DNA of 58,190 nucleotides from Escherichia coli (GTDB lineage Bacteria; Pseudomonadota; Gammaproteobacteria; Enterobacterales; Enterobacteriaceae): NCBI RefSeq assembly GCF_003334255.1, contig NZ_QOWU01000031.1; one strand, 5' to 3'. Shown piece by piece: positions 58,093 to 58,190 of this stretch (position 1 is its first letter; each line of letters starts with the position of its first letter). The notes under the pieces were generated by a model. It saw only the letters and a program-made list of their open reading frames with translations, ran no database searches and was not told where the DNA came from. The position numbers and the translations under genes were made by a program.

Positions 58093-58113
58093 CCGTTGTG
58101 CGGGGAGTAATCC

Positions 58114-58190
58114 CATAAGCGCTAACTTAAGGGTTGTGGTATTACGCCTGATATGATTTAACGTGCCGATGAATTACTCTCACGATAACT
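58114..58190. mobile_element. Left end of an IS186-like insertion sequence (terminal inverted repeat CATAAGCGCTAACTTAAGGGTTG); the element continues beyond the window
   Basis: The terminal sequence matches my recollection of the IS186 inverted repeat. It sits 22 bp after the hokE stop, next to a G-rich target (GCGGGGAG), in line with the IS186 preference for GC-rich targets. Not verified by search. Confidence 0.55.

Overview
This window reads as an Escherichia coli chromosomal segment, colinear with the K-12 map from the rhsD Rhs element to hokE. In order it contains: the rhsD 3' end with toxin/immunity modules, mnmH, the allantoin/glyoxylate cluster (allS, allA, allR, gcl, hyi, glxR, ybbW, allB, ybbY, glxK, allE, allC, allD), fdrA-ylbE-ylbF-ybcF, purEK, lpxH-ppiB, cysS, ybcI, ybcJ, folD, a remnant sfm fimbrial operon, fimZ, tRNA-Arg (argU), envY, ybcH-nfrA-nfrB, cusRS/cusCFBA, pheP, ybdG, nfsB, ybdF-ybdJ-ybdK, hokE and the first bases of an IS186-like element. 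All calls rest on the supplied ORF track, recognisable motifs, and my memory of K-12 gene order and protein lengths; no database search was run. Three differences from the K-12 reference stand out: argU is followed directly by envY (no DLP12 prophage, ompT or appY), sfmA/sfmC are missing with sfmD lacking its 5' end, and ylbE is an intact 419-aa frame. I found no CRISPR array, no rRNA, and no multi-gene block that is unexplained by this synteny, so I do not claim an undescribed system. The loci most worth a second look are the Rhs toxin/immunity cassettes, the nfrB-nfrA-ybcH polysaccharide/phage-receptor module, the fdrA-ylbEF-ybcF cluster, and the hokE type I toxin locus abutting IS186.
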